In this document: positions 10,345-23,100 of the stretch, piece by piece
Layout of the letters: every line of letters begins with the position of its first letter
Position numbering within the stretch: position 1 is the stretch's first letter
Assembly: GCA_036172245.1 (NCBI GenBank)
Contig: JAYWIR010000003.1
Coordinates: 1,736,001 to 1,800,000 of the forward strand
Direction of reading: 5' to 3'
DNA from: Raillietiella orientalis
Taxonomy: Eukaryota
DNA: 64,000 bases
Notes under the pieces: generated by a model
Seen by the model: the letters and a program-made list of their open reading frames with translations, nothing else
What the model was told of the DNA's origin: nothing
Database searches by the model: none
Position numbers and translations under genes: made by a program

Positions 10345-13300
10345 TTATATTCGTCAGACTTCCGTTTTGTCACATCTCCAAATGAATTTCTTTCAGTTCT
10401 TCATTCAGTGGCTGAGTTCTCCTGGCTCAACTCTGACTGGTACTATCTAAAGGAGAAGCTCTTCTCCAGTTACTAAGGCCGCGGCAATGATTTTGGCATG
10501 CAAAAATGGTACGTCGTTCTGGATTCCTCGTCAGAAACCATCCCTGAGGCAGCGACTCGAGGAGTGTATTAAATCTTGAAAAGATCGGGGTCACTTCCAC
10601 CATTGTATTAGCAGTGCCATCTAATTTGTCATGGAGAAATTATTTCGAACTACCTTTGTATCAACTAGATGGGCGTAAACTATGAAGTATTCTCTCGAAA
10701 TCTCGATGCTAAACGTGTACCCTGTTCAGCTTGGATTACAATTTACTTTCATTCCTCAACCCAGATATGGATCTTTTTCATCTTCTCAACAAGCTTTCTC
10801 CGTGTACCACAAGCTTTTATCCGTGTTCCTGCAAAATCAGTCTAACTTCAATCAATGTAACTTCACTTCACTGCTCTCCCTGCATCCGACCAAACAAGGT
10901 AAGTTATCGATATCTGAGACATTGATATCTGGGAATGATTTCTGGCATTCCTTCTAGATTTGCGATCAGTTTCCGGAAGTAGCCATGGAAGCTACCGGAC
11001 ACTAAGTTTTTCCATCGTTTTTCGGACATCTAATGCGCCCTGCAATTCAGTTCCACGGTGAACCACTTTGCGTTACCAGAATAGCTGCTGTTGGTAGTAT
11101 CTAAAATGCTGCAGCAGTTTTTCATTCTCCAGATGACCCGATGTGAGCAGTCAGTGCTGTAGATAGTGAATCCTGCGTCAACACCATTCAGCCTGGCATG
11201 CATCAGTGAATTCGTTCGGGTTCCCGAAATTCCAGAATGTGCATCGTTCGAGTTAGAATTTGCAGAGACGGGGAAAACATCGGCAACGTGCTCACCAGCT
11301 ACCTAGTAGAGAAGGAGGTAATGTATTATTGTTCTTCGAAACTTACAGCATCCCGAGCATCTCATCATACGTGTCATATAGGACAGTCAATAGAAAACGA
11401 TGCTTTCTCTGCGAAGAGTCCAAGATTCTTCACTAGCAAATAATGGAATTATTTATAGGGCGTCTATGTGCTGGCGAAGCAGTGTGCATAAGGACTTTCC
11501 TGGCGAAGCTATTTCGCAAAAAAAAATTAATAAAAGGTATTCAGATTGGTGTGGTCCTCCTAATGTGGTCTGCTACCTCATTGACAATGATTAGATGGAA
11601 TCCCAAGGGACTCTTAGAAGGCGCTTATAAGAATATGTCATGATTCAGGATCTGATTGGCACGAAGCCGGTCTGAAATGGTTTGATTCCTATCGATGGGA
11701 TGGCACCGGTGTCACCCAATAAGAACAAGTGCTGTGACAGATGTCGTTTTTCTTAAGATGCAACATGCTCCTCGAATAGTTGCCTGAGGAGTAGCTTAGT
11801 GCCTCTTTATTAATGGAGAACGAACACTGTCAACCAGTCATTCAACCATTTTGAAACGGTGCACTGCTTCGCCAAATGAGTTGGCCCCCTGGCATGCATC
11901 AGTAAAGCAGAGCACATGGATTGTTATTTAAAAAGATAATCCTTCGTTCTCATTATTCTTTATTATTCTTCCATCTTCGGGTTACACGCTCCCTATGGCC
12001 AGGAAGCTCCACAGCCTTCATGCAATAGCCAGCCTCATATTCTTACACGCTCCCTTCCATTCATCGTCTCTTCTTTGAGGTTCCTTTGCGGTGCTGGCAT
12101 CTGGCAGACGTTGTACGACCATTCCTCTCCCTACTCTTATATTTACGAGTACACTTTTTTCAATATATGGTACAAATAACTCCCAATTATTAAGAAAAGA
12201 AAAAAAAGGAGGGGACGGAGGTTCGCTCTTTTAGCTTAACACGACGCATTATCCCTTCAACATGTTAAGAATCTGCGAGTCAAGCTTGTGCATGCCACTG
12301 TTCGTGGCACATATCCTCTCAACTCAAACCGCATTGCTATTGAAAGCACACCCTATGTCCAGAATGATGGGCCAGGCAGGTCTGGAGCTGGTCGAATCCC
12401 GGGCAGCAATTTGCTGCTGCCCTACGGTTGCTTCTGCGATGAGGCGGAGGGCTGCGCCCGTTCTGCAGCACCAACAGACGAGGATGCTGCTGGCAGTGAT
12501 TAAGAATGTGCGGCAGCGCCTCGTCAAATCTCTGAGACACGTTCGATCTTCCCTTCCTAGGAGATCAACATCGGGCAGCGCGTACTGCAGCCGCAGGATG
12601 GGATGCTGCAAGCGGGGAGCTTTGTTCACTCTGCGATGACCACGGAAGTCCTCGTCCCTGACGAATATCCTTTTGGTTTTCATGATGACAATCGAATGAA
12701 CAGGTCACGTAAAGTGAACTCATCACCTCCTCGACTCATGCCGTCTTGTGGCCAGCTAGTCGCAGTCCACCCGTAGCCGAAGGACGAGAAAATAGAGCAA
12801 CCAAAACGAGATCCAAATTGCAGTCCACAGGGGAACTTGGGGCAGTAGGGGCGGGGAAACTTGAGAAAAACCTAAGAGGGGAGGGGAGCAAAAAAGTTGT
12901 CAATCCGGCTGTCACCGAAGATCCACCTTCGCGACCATGCGCCTCCACCCGCCCTCCGCGACGTCGCGCGTCACTCCCGCAAAGGTCTGCTTTTGCAAGG
13001 ACACCTGACCCCCGGAAGCGCTGCGCGCGCGTGTTCACGACGACGTCCGGCTACAGAGCTCGTCGGTGCCTTCCTCTCCCCCGAGGCCTCCTTTCCGTGA
13101 AGGCGCCAGCCAGCTGACCACCGTCTCGACGCCTGACTTCCAGAAGGCCTCCCGTCGCGAGGTCCTGAGGACGTCCGGCGCCTTTCACCTTCGCCCCCTG
13201 CTCCCCCGATGCCCTCTCACCGCGAGAGCTCCAAGCTGCTGGCTGCGATCACCTCGTCCCAGTTGCCTCCGGAAACTTCCGTTCGGGACGACCACTACTG

Positions 13301-13360
13301 TTCTTCGACGTCGGCGTCTCCAGGCTCGAGAATCTGTCGACCCTCGGATCCAGGGTAACG

Positions 13361-13660
13361 ATGGACATGGAGCTGCTGATCCCCAGGAGGTTCACTAGTA
13401 CGAGGACGAGCTGCTGTCCCGCTTCCGGTCTCTGGAGGACATCATCGACGTGCGCCGGGCGCTGATCCACAGGAACTCCCTGATGCGGCTGGACTCGAAG
13501 ATCCGCACGGACGCCCGCTTGAGCGCGCGTGGTCTGCGCTTGACCTTCCGGAAGATCATGGAGCTCTACGAGAGCACCAAATAGGACGTCGTCGCCCTGC
13601 TGTGCGCCCGCAAGCGCCGCCTGAGCAGCCACTCCGAGGGGCATGCAGACGAAATGCGTT
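13361..13660 (+). pseudogene. Decayed GC3-biased coding fragment of unknown identity
   Basis: YEDELLSRFRSLEDIIDVRRALIHRNSLMRLDSKIRTDARLSARGLRLTFRKIMELYESTK*DVVALLCARKRRLS has nearly all codons ending in G/C, with in-frame TAGs at 13396-13398 and 13582-13584. Confidence 0.45.
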
Positions 13661-13949
13661 GCGAGGCCTGTGGACGGGATGTGTCTTGCTGCTGCACCAG
13701 AAACAGCAGGGGCATCAACCACAAGAAGGGTAGCATCTGCATCTGCCCCGAACTTTGCGAAAGCACTGGAGGTTGCTGCAGTGTCTACCACCCGAGCGGC
13801 CGGCTGGAGTTCTGATACCCGCCAGTGCCGCTGCAGGAACAATAAAAAATCCCCAAAGCAATTCTTAGATTATCATATCAGGTCGCTGCCTTGAAATTGG
13901 TCAGAACGCCGCTCCAAGTCGACCTGCAAGACTGTTCTAGAAAATCCGG

Positions 13950-15400
13950 GATGTTCCCGGCGTGAAACCGCTCAGGACGACGCAGGCTTCGTAGTGGACG
14001 GAAAAGAAATGCAAAGGCAATGCCAGAACAGTCGGATATTTTCTGGGAGATTCCTGATCGACTAGTGGAAGAGTACTTCGAGGCAGCACTCCAGACGCAT
14101 CCAGGAACAGATTCGCCGATAACTGAAGCGTCCTGGAGGACCGTGAGAGACGATGCGGCCTCTCCATTTGATCTCACGCCCTAAAGGTTGCTTCGAAATT
14201 CACAAAGCTGAGGATTCCTCCCCGGGTTTAGAATCCAGTGTCACGTCGAGAATTCGACGGATCAGGAAGTCATCGAGCTCTTCGAAGTATGCTCTGGCTG
14301 CATGCTGGGAGTAGTCGAAGACGATCTTCCTCCCCAAATCGCCTTCGGCATCAAAGGAAACGATGTCGACACGAGACGAAATCGATCGTCTTCATGCGAA
14401 GCGGCCCTCCAGGAGACTCCAAGGGTGTATCCTCGGCAGCCGGATCGCCTGGAAGTAGCGAAATGAACTCACGTCTTATTGACAGTGCACTCGAGCAGAG
14501 CTCCGTTTTGCAATCACGACTCGACGAGGCTCGAAGACACTGACTCGATCACTGACTTGTTTGGGATGCTCGCAAGCGAGCTGATGCATTGAACCTTGAG
14601 AAGTGCACGTGTGTTCAAGCAAGCAGAGTTACAAGTAAAGAGAGGGATCCACGTTTGTAAGGAAGAAAAGAAGAGACGTCCCCTCACAGTTCCGCTACTT
14701 AACCCTGTAATCGAGCCCATTCTTCGTGGGCTGCATAAGCAAGGATGGAATAGAAACAATCCTATATCCTTCTGGGTTATTCGTTAACCAAGACAACGTA
14801 CGCCTCGCTGCATTTCGAAGCAACGACACGAAGAGGATCTTCAGGTCCTCCTGCCACTGGACTAGGAAGAAGCGTACAAGTGCAGATCCGAAAGCCATCA
14901 AAGTTGATCTTCTTCACGAGGTAATTTTGGTAGCAGGTAACAGGAGAAAAGGCAGTTGCTGGTATGCACGTCAATTTAGTGAATTCGAGAAACACGAGCG
15001 CGACAAGTTATGGAATGCCCTAAGAGGAAACCGAACTCCATGAATACTTCCTTTCTTCCCGGTAGAACACACCGCCAGCAGCTGAGGATGTCCAGGGAAG
15101 ACTGCTGGACATCCCTGAACATGGTGACTCCCCACCGTAGGGCAGGCTGCGACCGCAGCCACCTGTCTCCACGCCCTCGAGAGGACAGAAAAGCCATCCT
15201 TGGAGCTCCTTGGTCGTCACTGCTGCGCACGGAGGGACACTGTTCACACTGTGGTGGGTCGCAGGCTCTTCACCAGTGCACGGTACCAGCACCAGCTCAC
15301 CCTGGTGAGCGGGCACGCGAATACTTTGGACCACCACACGACAGAACACGAAAATTTCAGCACTACTACATACCAGGAACAATAAGGTTTGCTTTCCATC
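13950..15400 (+). mobile_element. Heavily decayed R2/NeSL-type non-LTR retrotransposon (RT and Cys-His remnants)
   Basis: EIPDRLVEEYF; ETKSIVFMRSGPPGD; LEQSSVLQSRLDEARRH..W (cf. CLEHNFLLQ..LDDARR....AWLD); ELQVKRGI; PLTVPLLNPVIEPILRGL (cf. PLSPILFNLVMEPL.R.L); downstream HCSHCGGSQALHQC. Confidence 0.5.
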
Positions 15401-16269
15401 GAGCTTTCGTATGTCTGCTTCATGACTAATTTGAAATCAGTGGAGAGGATTTATTTAAAATGTCAAGCGCATGGTTTCCCGATAGCTCGCATGATTCCTG
15501 GGAGTATACGTTGGATTAAATCCTTAAGGACCTCAGGAACTGTTCACATTTGCTAAGCATCAAGGTAAAACGTTTTTAATACTTTTTTGCTAAGGTGAGA
15601 AACAACCTCATGATATAAATTTGTGTTATTATTCCAAATTATCTGCCATGATAGATATGTGTTTATGAACTGTCTGTAAGAAGCACTCAACTGTACAGCA
15701 ACGCTTCAGTAATAAATCGTGGGAGTCCAAAAAGCACGCCTACTCCTCAGGGAATTCCAAAACTTCTCGTGCTCGTATTTCTAGAATATACCAAATTCTG
15801 CTGACTTCAGTTTGCGTTCACGTATGAATAGTATGCAGCGATGTTAGAGAAAGGGTTGTTTGGTATGTTTAACCATTGATGCAGGAACAGTACGAACTTC
15901 TGGTTGGGAGGGGATACTTCAGCCCATGACTCTCTCCCCCTACATGCAATCTGTGCGATGGACGCTCCTCTTCCTCGAGGAACCAGATCCAGTAAGAAAC
16001 TCCTTTCGTTCTCTGTGCGTTCATTTGACACAAGGAAACACCCTGAACAACGGAAACCCCTGGGGTGGGAAACCCTTCCCTCGAAGTCCTTAAGTGCACA
16101 GGTCAGCGTCGTGGGTGATTATTTTTTGAACCTATTTATGCTGTCTTGCATATGCAGATCCCCCACTCACTGTGCACCGGACAGCACACACATGCAAATT
16201 TGGGAATACACTTCAGAGAAGTCTCGCCTTACAACCGTTTCTCCTCTTTCCAGAAATGTAATGTAAAGT

Positions 16270-17105
16270 GCAGATCTGCCGGCAGACAATGAAAGCCGGC
16301 AGATCTGGAAAGCCGCGATGTTGGAAGGGATTATGGAGGCTGTAGTCCGAAGCTCTGGAAGAATGACAAGATGCAGAGAACATGCAAATTTGAACAAGGG
16401 AGAAATGAGTCCAGGAAATGACAAGGAAAGAGTACGGCCAAAGTACTGATTAGAGGAAGAAACTTGAAAAGTAACCCCGGAATTCTGGAATACGTTTTGC
16501 AGAATGTATACATTCGCATGAAGGGACTTGCAAAGCAGAGAAAACTAAGGGGTGCTGAACAGTCAACCAGGCACCTGAATGCTCAGGGAATGTGGAAACA
16601 GGCAATGCTTGCTCAAATGATCCCAGTAACCTACAGCAGCAAAACTCTGATGCTACATGAAGCAAACCCTGGAAACATTCTTTTACTCTTCTTCCCATCT
16701 CCTCTGCTCTGGTGGAGGACGACAACAGGATAAAGCTTAAGTTTGTGCTGATTGGACAGGAGGAAGCAATAACAAAGCAGGGGAAGTAAAAGACCACCTA
16801 CTGCAAAAAACCTATGGAATGACAGTGGGCAGAGAAAAAAAGGCATGCATGCATGCCAGAGGGAGCTCCTGCAGTAAGAGGGGACAACTGCAAGATGTGG
16901 AAATCATGGCAATAATAAGGGTAGCTAACCAACTTGCTTGAGGCAATTTATGCATGCCCTCTTTTTGAGAGGATCATAAAGAGATCCCCTTTGCTCAGTA
17001 GTGCTTTCAGGATGGAATTCTGGTATGAAACATCTTCCAGAACAAAGCCGAGGATGGTGAGGCAGTTGTTTCAGAAGGGACATTGTTTTTATGAGGTGGT
17101 GTAAA
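16270..17105 (+). pseudogene. Candidate endogenous viral element: decayed orthomyxovirus-like polymerase PA, C-terminal part
   Basis: Purine-rich frameshifted stretch with collinear motifs VLIRGRNLKSNPGILEYV (cf. FIIKGRSHLRNDTDVVNFV), NRIKLKF (cf. SKIKMKW) and LLEAIYACPLFE..SPLLSSAFR (cf. VFNSLYASPQLE..KLLLIVQALR). Confidence 0.45.
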
Positions 17106-20100
17106 ATGTAATTGTGTTTATATGTTCAACTTTCAAACTGAATTTGATTCTATATTCATTTTCGAAAGGTCCTTACGTTTTTAGATTGCTAGTGAATTTA
17201 ACACAAAGTGCTACATTTCTTTATGATGATGAACTTTAGGGGAACTTAGCAGAGCTTATGTAGAATTGACAGAACAATTGCTTTGTAATACAAATCCCTA
17301 GAAAGGAACGACTTTGGAGAGTAATATCGGAAAATGTTGGAATGGGAAACTTCCATGGGAAACATTTTCAAATCAACTTACAAGCAGTTTCACAGGCATG
17401 TTTTAGAGCCAAAGAAAAAATTAAATTAAGGTAGACTGGAAAATGTTGCATTGACCTTCAATTTTTATATTTCTGGAAATACACATGAATATAGAGCAAA
17501 AAGAGATCAAATTAATCAAACTAAGTATTTATCTATGATTTGTAATTCAAATTGAAAAAGTGAAATCCTCAAAAAGTACTGTTTCACGTATCGTCAAAGA
17601 TAACGGAAAGCTCTTAAATTTCCGGTATTTGCCCATAGAGACCATGGAATGACTGCAATACTGCAAGCAATCAACTAGGTGAGCAGAAAACAAAGTGGAA
17701 TAGAGCATGCTGCAAATAGATAAAAAGAAATCCCTTATGACAACTATTCTTTATTGGATGATGAAAATCAAGGCAGTTCCAATACCAAAAGGAGAATGAA
17801 TATAATTCAAAGTGATCTGAATATGCCACAGATGCTAATACCTCTTTCTCTAACCATCTTGCATTGCCTATGCTGAATGCTCCTTTCTTTGGAGAGTCAA
17901 TGCATCTTCATGAACAAGATTTATCACTATAATAACCATAATGAAAACATGTATTCGAAGACCATTCATTAAAAAATGGCTAAATATTTCTTGACTTTAC
18001 AAAAGCATTCCTGTGAGGAATTTGATCAAATATATGAAAACTTATCCAAATCCACATCAAGAAACCAGATATCAAAGAAAAAGGTAGCAAACCACAAACC
18101 CTGATCAGGTAAAAACTGATGAAATTGCAACATCCATGAAGAAACTGATGAATGTAGAACTCCAACATAACTATCATACAAAGGATAGTGCCTCAAAGTA
18201 CTACTTCTAGGATTGATTACTTCAGAGTTAGAAGGCCCGAACTATGGAATCTATCAGCTTCTATAATACGTGGATTCATACTCACTTTGAAAAGAGGCTT
18301 TCAGTTGAAACAGAACCAATGGGCACTTTTGCAAATGACTATTCAATTTGCGCTACTGCTTGTGCCCAATTGATTGCTATTGTAATTTTTCTATGCTACC
18401 AAATACCATTGAATATTACCTTTATTATCTTCAAATCTGGCCACGTATCATATACCAAATTGATTTCTAAAAGGTCAACACTATCTGCAGAGAAAAAAAA
18501 AAAAAAACGAAAACCGTAAGAACGCAAATATGAAAACTGGAAAGGAAAACCAAATGACTAAAAACTCCCAAAACGGTTCAGTCTTTATTATAGTATTCGA
18601 TCATTACGGCTCGATGCTTCCTTAACGACGATTCCAAAGAAGGTTTCCGTACACTGCTAATACAACCACGATGTGGCACTCCTTCTCTGTGTCCTCTTGC
18701 ATCGTACACTTACATTAATGCAATGAGAATTCGTATCGAACTTCCAGCGATTCCGCCGGAAACGTCAAGAAGCAAATGCCAGCACAGTGTGATGAAGAAC
18801 TGTGCAGCATGGAGATTCCATAGCCCTCTTAAGAATCCAGGGAAACAATCTTTCAGTCAACGTAGATACGCCCCTCACTACATGAAACTGTAGCATGACA
18901 GCAAGGACAACTGAAAAATCCAATCAAACACCTGTGGTTCCCGAAACCTCTAGAGAAAAGAACCTCCGGGACCGAGTGGGACAGAGAAGGGATGCTGTCG
19001 GAGGAGGTTGGCACCGCAACCGTTCTCTCCGCGCGCCTTTTCAACCGCGTCGCTGTGGTGGTCAGGTGCACAGTATGCACTGCTCGCCCTTCGAAAATGC
19101 AGGCAGGATAAATCATGCCGGTGCCATGGACAGCAACTTCAGTGACCACATTAGGGATTCCGGACACAGCAGCAGTGCCCCAACGGCGAGCACCAGTCCG
19201 AGGCCGAAGTGACCCGCCAGCGCTGCCCAGGCGGCGGTCACGGGAGCGCCACGCGCCACTCCGCGGTCAGCGCCAGCGCGACGACTCCCACGGAAGTCGA
19301 ATAGGAACAGCCCTACGCGGTCACCATGGTCGCCTTCGGAGACCGCGGAGAGCCAAGGGAGGCTGCGAAGTTGCTGCAGGCAGAGAGGGAGTCCTCCTGG
19401 AAGCAGATGACGTAGGCCACTGCCGAGGTTCACAGGAAGTCCGTCAGGGACAGGGATGTCCTTAGGCACCGGCGACCGAGGAGGCAGAGGACAACACCGA
19501 GAGCTCCTTTCGGTCGAAGCCGAAGGTGACGATCCCGTCGCACGCGCGTCCACTCCGTGGGAGGAGGAGGTGCTGCTGCCGCTGGTTGTGGTCTCAGAGG
19601 TCTCTGCGAAGGACGGGGCCGTCCAAATGGGGACCCTCTCCCTGCGATTCACACGCGGGCGCGTGTGCTCGTCTCCTGGCTTTTTCTTGTGGCTGCGGCA
19701 GGTCGCTCGCATGATTGAGACCAGCCGGGACGTGTCCTCCGACGGCACAGCGCGTCCACATTAGGTATCAAAGATGGCAGGGAGCCGTGTTTCGTGCTTT
19801 GATGTGCATAGCATTTTTTTTTTTTTTTAAATACTGAAAATTCTGAAGTGTCATTTCTTTTACAATATTCAGCCGAATACCTCGACCTCACAAATATGCG
19901 TTTTTCAAGAGCGGAATCTTTGAAAGATAATTTGATGGTACTCTTAGGTGCTTTCTGAACGACTGTCTTTTGAGAAGCCTACATTTAATCAGTGTTGTCT
20001 TATAATGTACTGTTAGTGATCACCTACGCTGATCATGGTGTTTTTGCATTCTAAAATGCTAATGCAGTGTGAAACGAGTGGAAACGTGACTTATGGAGGT

Positions 20101-23100
20101 TGCATGTTAAGTCAAGCAAATGAATCTTCGTTTGAACTTGTGCATGCCACACCTGTTTTTGCCGATTTGGAAGGCACTGATCATCCATGAAAATGGCTCA
20201 GGCAGACGAGTTAAGCAAATGAATTTTCTAAATCTCATTCTTAATAAGGTCTAGACTAGGAAAAATGGCGAGCTCTCCACAACTGGGAAACAGAACACGG
20301 AATATGTGTGTCTGTTTCCCTTATGTACCACACCACTCCAGAAAGAGGAGCTTGCCAAGCATTCGTGCTTGTCCAGTGCCTAAAATGGCCTTCAGTCTTG
20401 GATAGGGAAAAGTCGCCACCCCCACAGAGTGCTCAGTGGGCCCTTGCCTGCATCATCCTTCGTGGCTTTCAGTCACGAGTGGCCGTCCCTCACCTGTGAT
20501 CTTTGATTCCAGGAGAACATCCGTGTCGCCGGTAGACAGGTTTGGCAGAGACGGATCACCCTTGTCCAGTCTCCTCTACCTTCTCTCGTGCTATGATCGG
20601 GCAGGAAACGACAGGAACGAGCAACAATCCCTGGCCACTGTAAACGTTTCCGGGACGCGGAAATTGTAATTAAGGAACAGGAAGTTTCTGTCTTGCGCCC
20701 TAGTGGTGCGAACAACGAAAGCAGAGCGATCGGAAAGAATAAGCTAAAATAGGGAATCTGAGAATGGATTCCGAGGATGAGAGGCCTATGCACTAACCTA
20801 ATCGTCCTGAATAATTTGCAGGCCTTCACAAGAGAGACCGACTTGTTTCAGGTCAGACGATGCTCGAATGTTGTCAGTTTTTGTGAGAGGAAACCTGGAA
20901 ACCCGGGATATGTTTTCGTGAGCAAAATTTTCCCATTAGTACGCGATTCACGACCTACAATCAAGTTCCATGCACCATACCAGCATCCGCTACTTTTCTC
21001 TGCTCATGACATGGCGTCCACATAGGGGGCAGGTTTCAACGGAAGAATTCCTGGGGTGCGAAAGTCACTCCCAAGTTCTATTGGACCGGGTTGCATGTCG
21101 ACTGCAAACAGTAAATCTTCGCGTGAGATGAGACTCCGCTCCACCCATCTCAGACGTCCTTGCGGATCTGCAGCGTTCTGCTCTCCCAGTTTTCTCCCGG
21201 TTTTCTCGGATTCCGGGAGTGGTGCAGGGGATTGGACTGGGATCACTCTGCTCTCCCCGCAATGTTAAGGGTCATCTCATTCGAAGACAGAGAAGACCAT
21301 GTGCTACGCGAATTTCGTGAGGCACTTTCTGGAGTCCTCTGCGCTGCAGACCACGTAAATCATCTCAAGGCAGCAGAAAACAGTCAGAAGCGCCTCTCGA
21401 GACGTAGGGCGCAAGCACGGTCCATCCGACTCGTGCTTCGCGAATGGGGTGAACTGTCCAACGCTTCCTCTTCGCTGAGAAACTGGACGTCAGTTTGACA
21501 TCACGAATGCTCCCTTTGATAGGCTGAGGAAAGAGAAACAGTGTGGGTGAGAGATGCAAGACAAGCGGGAAAGGTCAAGTGCGTCCTCTGAGCAGTGCCA
21601 AGTAGGTGCACAGTGCACTCGGCATCTCTTCTCCAGTCCCTGTCCCTCCAACGCGCTGGAAAACCAGCAAGAGATCCGGATCGAATTCTTTGCCTCGGGA
21701 ACGGGACTCTCTGATCCGGGAAATGAGTTCGTCTCGCACCGGATGCTCTGCATGAGTGTCTCTCCCGGCTGGGTGAGGGGAAGAGAGTACTGGAGGTCTC
21801 TTGAAATTGTATGTTCTTAGAGGCAAGTAGTTGGGAGTTATATTCTTGAACGTTATGTTAATGAGAATAACGAAGGGGGTGCAGATGTCTCGAGCTGATG
21901 TCCAGGCAACATTCCCTCCCCTCTGCTGCAGCGGTGGACCTCACCGGTCTGCGCACCGATAACGCGGCAGGTTTGATGTCAAAAAAACGTGGTTGGACCA
22001 CCGGTCCAGCCACAAGGATTGTAAACGTTCATTTTTTCATATGAAATAAACGCCATTGCTTCCTGCGTCCTTGTCATTTTTTACTGACACAAACAACATC
22101 AACAGGAAGCACAACTTCGCGACAGTGCTGAATGTTTGAGGCAACCATCGGATCTGTTGTCCAGTCCGAGTACGACCTCAGGATCTCCAGTTCTCTCCCT
22201 GCTCTTTGTTGCAGGATTCCAGGATTTCTTATGCAACAGTCAAACCCCAGATATCCCACAGGTTGCTCCTGTCCTACCTCCTTCGGACTCTCACGTCACA
22301 GCAAACACCACCCATATATATTAATAGATATTATGAGTTATATGAACATATATGTGTGTTGAGTGTTGTTATGTGTGTTGATGAGGGTTAATAAATGTGC
22401 ATGCTAAAATGAATTTGCATATCAATCCACATGATCTATATATCTACATAAGCACATATATTGATTTCTTATGATCTTTGGGGATTTTGATTTTCGGGAT
22501 TTCTTCTCTCGGGATTTTGAACCAACCTCCTCAGAGAGCCTGGTTACAGCTTCGAGATGCACGTGCTGAGCCAAAAGGCAGAGACAACCGGAGGGAGGGG
22601 ACGTTTGGTGTATCCTCAGAAAGGTGTTCTTCCAGCACTGTCTCAGATCGGGCTGCTGACCATGCATTCTCGAAACAGGGTCGTCAGACAGGCTGCCATC
22701 ATCCACCACGCATGTACAGAGGAAACGCCGGCCAAGGATCGCTGGGGTGTTCTCCCCTTTCCGTGACCACTGCAGTGCATCCCGAAAACGGAACAAAAAG
22801 AGGGCGGGTCTTTAGGTACGACGGAGGAGTTCCTAGGCGAGGAACAGTTTCGCTACAATCCCATAAATAGCAAGAAGTCATCTGGAGGAATAAACGAGCA
22901 TGACTTCACCGCTCTGGAGTAGTGGAAGAACTCTCCTCTAGTCTTCGTGGGCACCAGTTGCTGTGAGAAACAACCAATAGTAGCACGAGTGAAAGTGCTT
23001 CAGCGTTGTTTCCCCTCAAGCGAAATACAGCCCTGGTGTTGTGGTTTGATGGCTCTCTTAATACAGTGCAAAAAAAAAAAAAAAATCAGTGGATAATTCC

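Noticed and set aside
19456..19764. ASTPW..PLVVV..KDGAVQM resembling the gypsy RT N-terminus
   Set aside because: No downstream DYR/YxDD motifs; could be chance.
21100..21800. Possible L1/Tx1 endonuclease remnant
   Set aside because: Catalytic motifs (QET, GDFN, SDH) are not recognisably preserved; too weak to call.
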